This document shows, in pieces, positions 59,655 through 64,000 of a DNA stretch of 64,000 nucleotides. Under the pieces are notes generated by a model. The model was not told the DNA's origin, ran no database searches, and saw only the letters and a program-made list of their open reading frames with translations. The stretch is from Lytechinus pictus (taxonomy: Eukaryota). The translations under genes were made by a program, and so were the position numbers. Numbering within the stretch: the first letter of the stretch is position 1; every line of letters begins with the position of its first letter. The stretch spans positions 806,001-870,000 of the forward strand of contig NC_087258.1 in the NCBI RefSeq assembly GCF_037042905.1. Direction: 5' to 3'.

Positions 59655-60046
59655 TTTCGTAGTTCTTATGATCTTTTTGCGACGTTCGTACGGCGTCTTT
59701 CTGGCGATGGTTTCGTACGACGTCAAAAACTTCTTGGACAAGACCATCGACCGAGCTTCGAACTTACGGTCTACGAACGCTGGTTTCGTACTGCCTTCTT
59801 GAGAAGATCATATGAAATGGTCTAAAAATTGTTCGTACGGCGTTCGTAACCGTTCTAAATGGTATTTGTGACCGAGCCATCTCACTGGTTGTAATTTTAA
59901 CTTCACCCCCTGAACGTGTGAGAATGGAGATAAATTTTATATTAATATTTTATATTCATTTATTTCAAATTTACATAAAAAACTAATACATTTGCAAAGG
60001 CACCAATTTCAAACCAGGAAAATATTCATGACCACTTTTTTTTTAC

Positions 60047-60122
60047 CTTGTTCAGTTGGGGACGACATCAAAAGCAAGACAATCGCACCAAGTATCCATC
60101 TGAAGATTTCATGGTGATACAT
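60047..60122 (-). CDS. Probable signal-peptide exon of the transmembrane mucin gene
   Basis: MYHHEIFRWILGAIVLLLMSSPTEQ with donor CAAG|GTAAAA (phase 1), compatible with the phase-1 CCP exon at 36387. An upstream in-frame ATG lies at 60230. Confidence 0.6.
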
Positions 60123-60668
60123 CGGTTTCCATAGTACTTGAGAACTTGAAAACTGTATGAGAACACCTCGCCATCGATGCGTCCTTCTATCAACAACCTT
60201 ATCTCCTAGTTTGCCGTCTCCTTGTTCCATGCTGTGATTTGATTCTGCACCAACTCAAGTAAATCTCGTGATTTTCTTCGTTTCTAATAATGATCCACGT
60301 TATTGTTGCCTCACGCCAGCAGAAAACTAGACCGCGGCAGAAAGATATAATGGTTTTTCAGTTGTGTGAAAATTTCTAGGTTTTAAATATAAAGCCAATA
60401 TTTTGCTTCCTTGAAAGAAATATTTGTGTTTGTGTGGGTTTTTTTTTTTTTTTTTTTACTGTTCAGGTACCTGTTTAGATCAGAGGGTGAAACAAAAGTA
60501 TAATAGTACTACATATTTTACATCGCATCTTAATCAGTTCTTTTCAGTATTAATCAGTTCCAGACGTTTTCCACCTTTTTAGAGGGGACTACTGGGGGGC
60601 TAGAATCATAAAGATAATCAATAAATCACATATAGGGAGAGGGGGTACCTCTAATTCCGAAATGACGT

Positions 60669-61403
60669 TAGGGGAGATTGGGGTAGTTGGAACGCGGGGT
60701 TAGTTGGAACGCGGGGTAAGTTGAAACATTGCAATTTTATTTAACGGCTATAAATAAATTTATGCAATACTGCCCTCGATTTATCGCCATTATAAACAGC
60801 CATCCACCATATTACAGACAACACATGTGCAACAAGCCTGGTGAAGTTAGAAAGGGATTCTAGGTTTTTTTTACCTTTTGAGTAATTTTTTTCTTTCAGA
60901 AAAAATGTCTCAGAGAAGTTTATAGATCAAGTTGGCTAGATGGGGGGTAGAATAGACACTTGTACCAAGGTACAAAATAATTTCTACTACATAATATGTA
61001 GTAGAGCGGCTTGCGTGAGTGGCTGCATAATAGAAAACAAACTAGTTTAACAAATCAGAATACACACCATCAATATTTTGAACTTGAAACAATAAAACCA
61101 ATAGGCTAAAATCATGTGGTATTACAGTTGTAAGTAGTTTAAGTATAATTCTTAATTGACCATGAAGTGTTCCAACCTGCCCCAAACCATGTTCCAACTT
61201 ACCCCGTATATGGGGTAAGTTGGAACGCTTGCGATGGACTTGTTCAAGGTGCTTTTTCAGTAACCATGAATATGGGGTACATCTGGAGCACTTAGACATA
61301 TGTATGCTTTAAGCTGATATATTGATTGTTTCTCTAATAAAATGAATTTGGATTTTACAGCCATTTTTGTCAAAAATGTTCCAACTAACCCCAATCTCCC
61401 CTA
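60669..61403. mobile_element. Non-autonomous DNA transposon with subterminal repeats
   Basis: TIR TAGGGGAGATTGGGG(T)TAGTTGGAAC / GTTCCAACTAACCCCAATCTCCCCTA and repeated GGGGTAAGTTGGAAC motifs. Confidence 0.75.
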
Positions 61404-63013
61404 CCGATTCAATTGATTGCTTTAGCAGAGCAAGAGAAGAAAAACATACCCACCCGTCATCCTCTATTCCTACTAAATCAGACATAATTCATTTAACAGG
61501 GAAGTTCAGTTAACTCCCACTACCCTACATATGCCATCCTGATTATAGAGTATTTCATGATTATGCAGAACAATGATAATGAATATAAAAAAAATATTTG
61601 ATAATCATATTAAAGTATTTACTAAATTCGATTGGGGAGAGCTAAGAACAACGTCATGTATTAGCCATCCGATTTAAGCCTAGAACTAAATGTGCATGGG
61701 CATCGGAAAATGGGAAGAGGGGGCTTGGTGCCCCAAATTCAGCCTTGAACGAACACGGTTAATAGCAAAACTTTATCTTCTCTCATAAAAATATACATTT
61801 AAACTTAGGGAATTAAAAATCAATATGTAATTAAGTAGGACCACTTACCTCTCACGTTTTCAACTTTCCTTCGAACTATGACACAAAGAAGTACCAAGTG
61901 AAACCAAATTCAAGCTTTTCTCTCAATTCTAAGTTTGGGTCTTTTAGCAGCAATTTCTAGAAAAAGAATCGTCCTAGTATCTGAAGAATCAAGGGCTTCT
62001 TAATCGCGGTCTCTCCGCTAAGGCGTTTTTTACTTATCAGCATCTCGAGCACCGCGAAGTCGAACCCCAGCTTGGCGAGGAAGGTGCGCGCGTTTTTAGC
62101 TCACATAGGTTTGAACTACAAAATGAACTCTGACCCTCTGACGTCGAAATTCAAGAAATATTATCATACCTGAAGTTTTAATTTTCCATGATATATATGA
62201 TGTTTGTTATGGTATCAGGTTTAAATTGCGTGTCAGCACCATCTTGGTTCCTATGGTAATTCCATGATAGACATTCAAAATAATCACCTCTTAACATGCT
62301 TGAAGTACTAAAATGCATAGCTTTAAAGGAGACAGATGATTTGTGTTTTTCATTCTTTCTGACATGATTATGTTAACAAGATCACTGGCTTGATCTGGCG
62401 CTTGGGGAGCATGGCTCCCAAAAAAAGGTTTCATGACCGTATAAAAAAATAAAGAGGAAGAAAGGGAAGAGGAGTGAAACATTACGTCAAAATCTTTCCC
62501 CCCAAAATAGATTTTAGGCAAAAAAAAAATAGGTCAAATATTCTGCTTGCTCGTTTCCCTCGCTCGCATCTTTTAGAAATTTCGCTCCATCTGCCATGTT
62601 CTTGCCCCCTAAAAATTGTTGGCTCATGTCGCCACTGAACATGATAAAGCCTGCATGTTTGCAACACGTACAACATTCTTTAATCCCCATGAGTTTTAAC
62701 ACGGTACATTCGGTTACAGTCGGCAGCAGATATATTTAATGAATCTACAAGTTTTCATTTTCTCTGCCCTTTTCAAATTACAATGCTATTGAAAGGGAAA
62801 CGATTTATATTTCGAATAGGAATTATCACAAAGAAATAGCTACTAAATCAGACAAAAGGGCGAATGGGAATGATACCAAAAAAGGGGGGAAGTGAAAAAT
62901 GGTGAGAGAAAATTCGGGGGAAAAATAGTGGGACTATGAAGACTTTGGGCAAATCCCTCCCACCCCTTCCCCATCAACGACAAGTGTTAAACGATCTAGC
63001 ATGCTGGGATGGG

Positions 63014-63434
63014 CAGCGGCGTAACAGGGGTCGGTGGCCAGGGGGGGGGGGGGGGGTTGGGCAAGAGCCAAAAATTTCCCGGTCATATCATGGTATGAAC
63101 AGGCGTAATGGTGTAATGAGGCGACGATTTGAGAAGGCCAGATATTGCGTATCGGGCAGAATTTATCTTTTTAAAAAAAGTTGCGAGCGAGCAAAATTTT
63201 TAACATTTTAATACAAAAATCAAATTTTTTGATAGATTTTGACATGATATCCAGAGAAGAATGTATTTTAATCTTCTCTCTTTCCGTTCCTTTTTTGTGG
63301 TCTGTATATACGGCACTGTGAACAGGATTCTTTGCGGCAGTACCGTGAAGAGTACCAAAAAAACGAGGGGCGCGGTCAGTATGGCGCATGTGCTAAAAAG
63401 CTAAAAACCTGCCCCCGCCCCTGTTACGCCACTG
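63014..63434. mobile_element. hAT-superfamily MITE
   Basis: TIR CAG(C/T)GGCGTAACAGGG with perfect 8-bp TSD GGGATGGG (63006-63013, 63435-63442). Confidence 0.85.
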
Positions 63435-64000
63435 GGGATGGGTAGATATGGAAAGCCGTTAGCCTGTAAAGGAGTTCTATGTTAGTCAAGAGCAATAACA
63501 TGATACATGCAGGGCGCCACTAAAAGGGGGGCAGGGGTAACCACCCCCTATTCTTTTCAAGAAGAGAAAGAGGAGAAAATGGCCCAGGAAAAGGGAAGAA
63601 AAAGACGAAAACCAGGACAGAGAGTAGAACATAAAAAGGGGGATATTGGTCGTGTAACTCTATATTACCCCTGCAATTCAATTGAAGAAAAAATAGATCA
63701 CCGTTACCCTTACCCCCCCCCCTTTACCCCCCCCCCTCCCCCCCCCCCCCCCCCTCCCCCCCTCTTAAAAGATCCAACCACCCCTGGACATAAGTATGTT
63801 TTATCAGGGGAAAAAATGCCAACATTCATCTTTCGAAAATTAACGGAGAATTATCTACAAATATGTCTACCATTGATTTTCTCAACTTTGTTTTGGGTTA
63901 TAGTTTCTATGGTGACTAGGGACGCTACCACAGGGGAATAGAGTACATTATGGAATGCTCGTCGATTGATATATATGCCAACATGGTGAAGAGTATTCAT

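Noticed and set aside
59175-59825. Hydrophobic ORFs spanning the gap
   Set aside because: Low-complexity pyrimidine tract plus Ns.

Overview
Eukaryotic, AT-rich, intron- and repeat-rich genomic DNA from a marine invertebrate. The SINE and MITE repertoire suggests an echinoderm such as a sea urchin, but that is inference. The dominant feature is a complete, apparently young 16,401-bp Polinton/Maverick (adintovirus-like) element at 38871-55271. It has AG...CT termini, 531/637-bp TIRs and a perfect 6-bp TSD (AACCAT), and it is nested in a TTAA-type MITE. It encodes pPolB, an A32-like ATPase, two small basic core proteins, a PZ-like protein, a chromodomain rve integrase, penton, DJR major capsid and an adenain protease. 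Reading beyond the ORF track gave five further observations. (1) pPolB is spliced through three phase-0 introns that add a 150-aa acidic extension rich in S/T-P sites. (2) A spliced WW-domain + PC4 ssDNA-binding fusion gene lies behind an E2F/CHR-like promoter. (3) An orphan Cys/His ORF has its own splice acceptor. (4) The TIRs carry canonical Sox-Oct composite elements, RFX/Forkhead modules and a 53-bp repeat whose copy number differs between the ends. (5) The element sits in the first coding intron of a minus-strand type I transmembrane mucin gene (SP-CCP-mucin repeats-EGF-SEA-EGF-TM). Also present are the 5' part of a Sushi/CCP gene, a two-coding-exon orphan gene of about 1092 aa, a decayed LINE, several SINEs, many MITEs and one 157-N gap. 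All calls were made by eye, with no database search.
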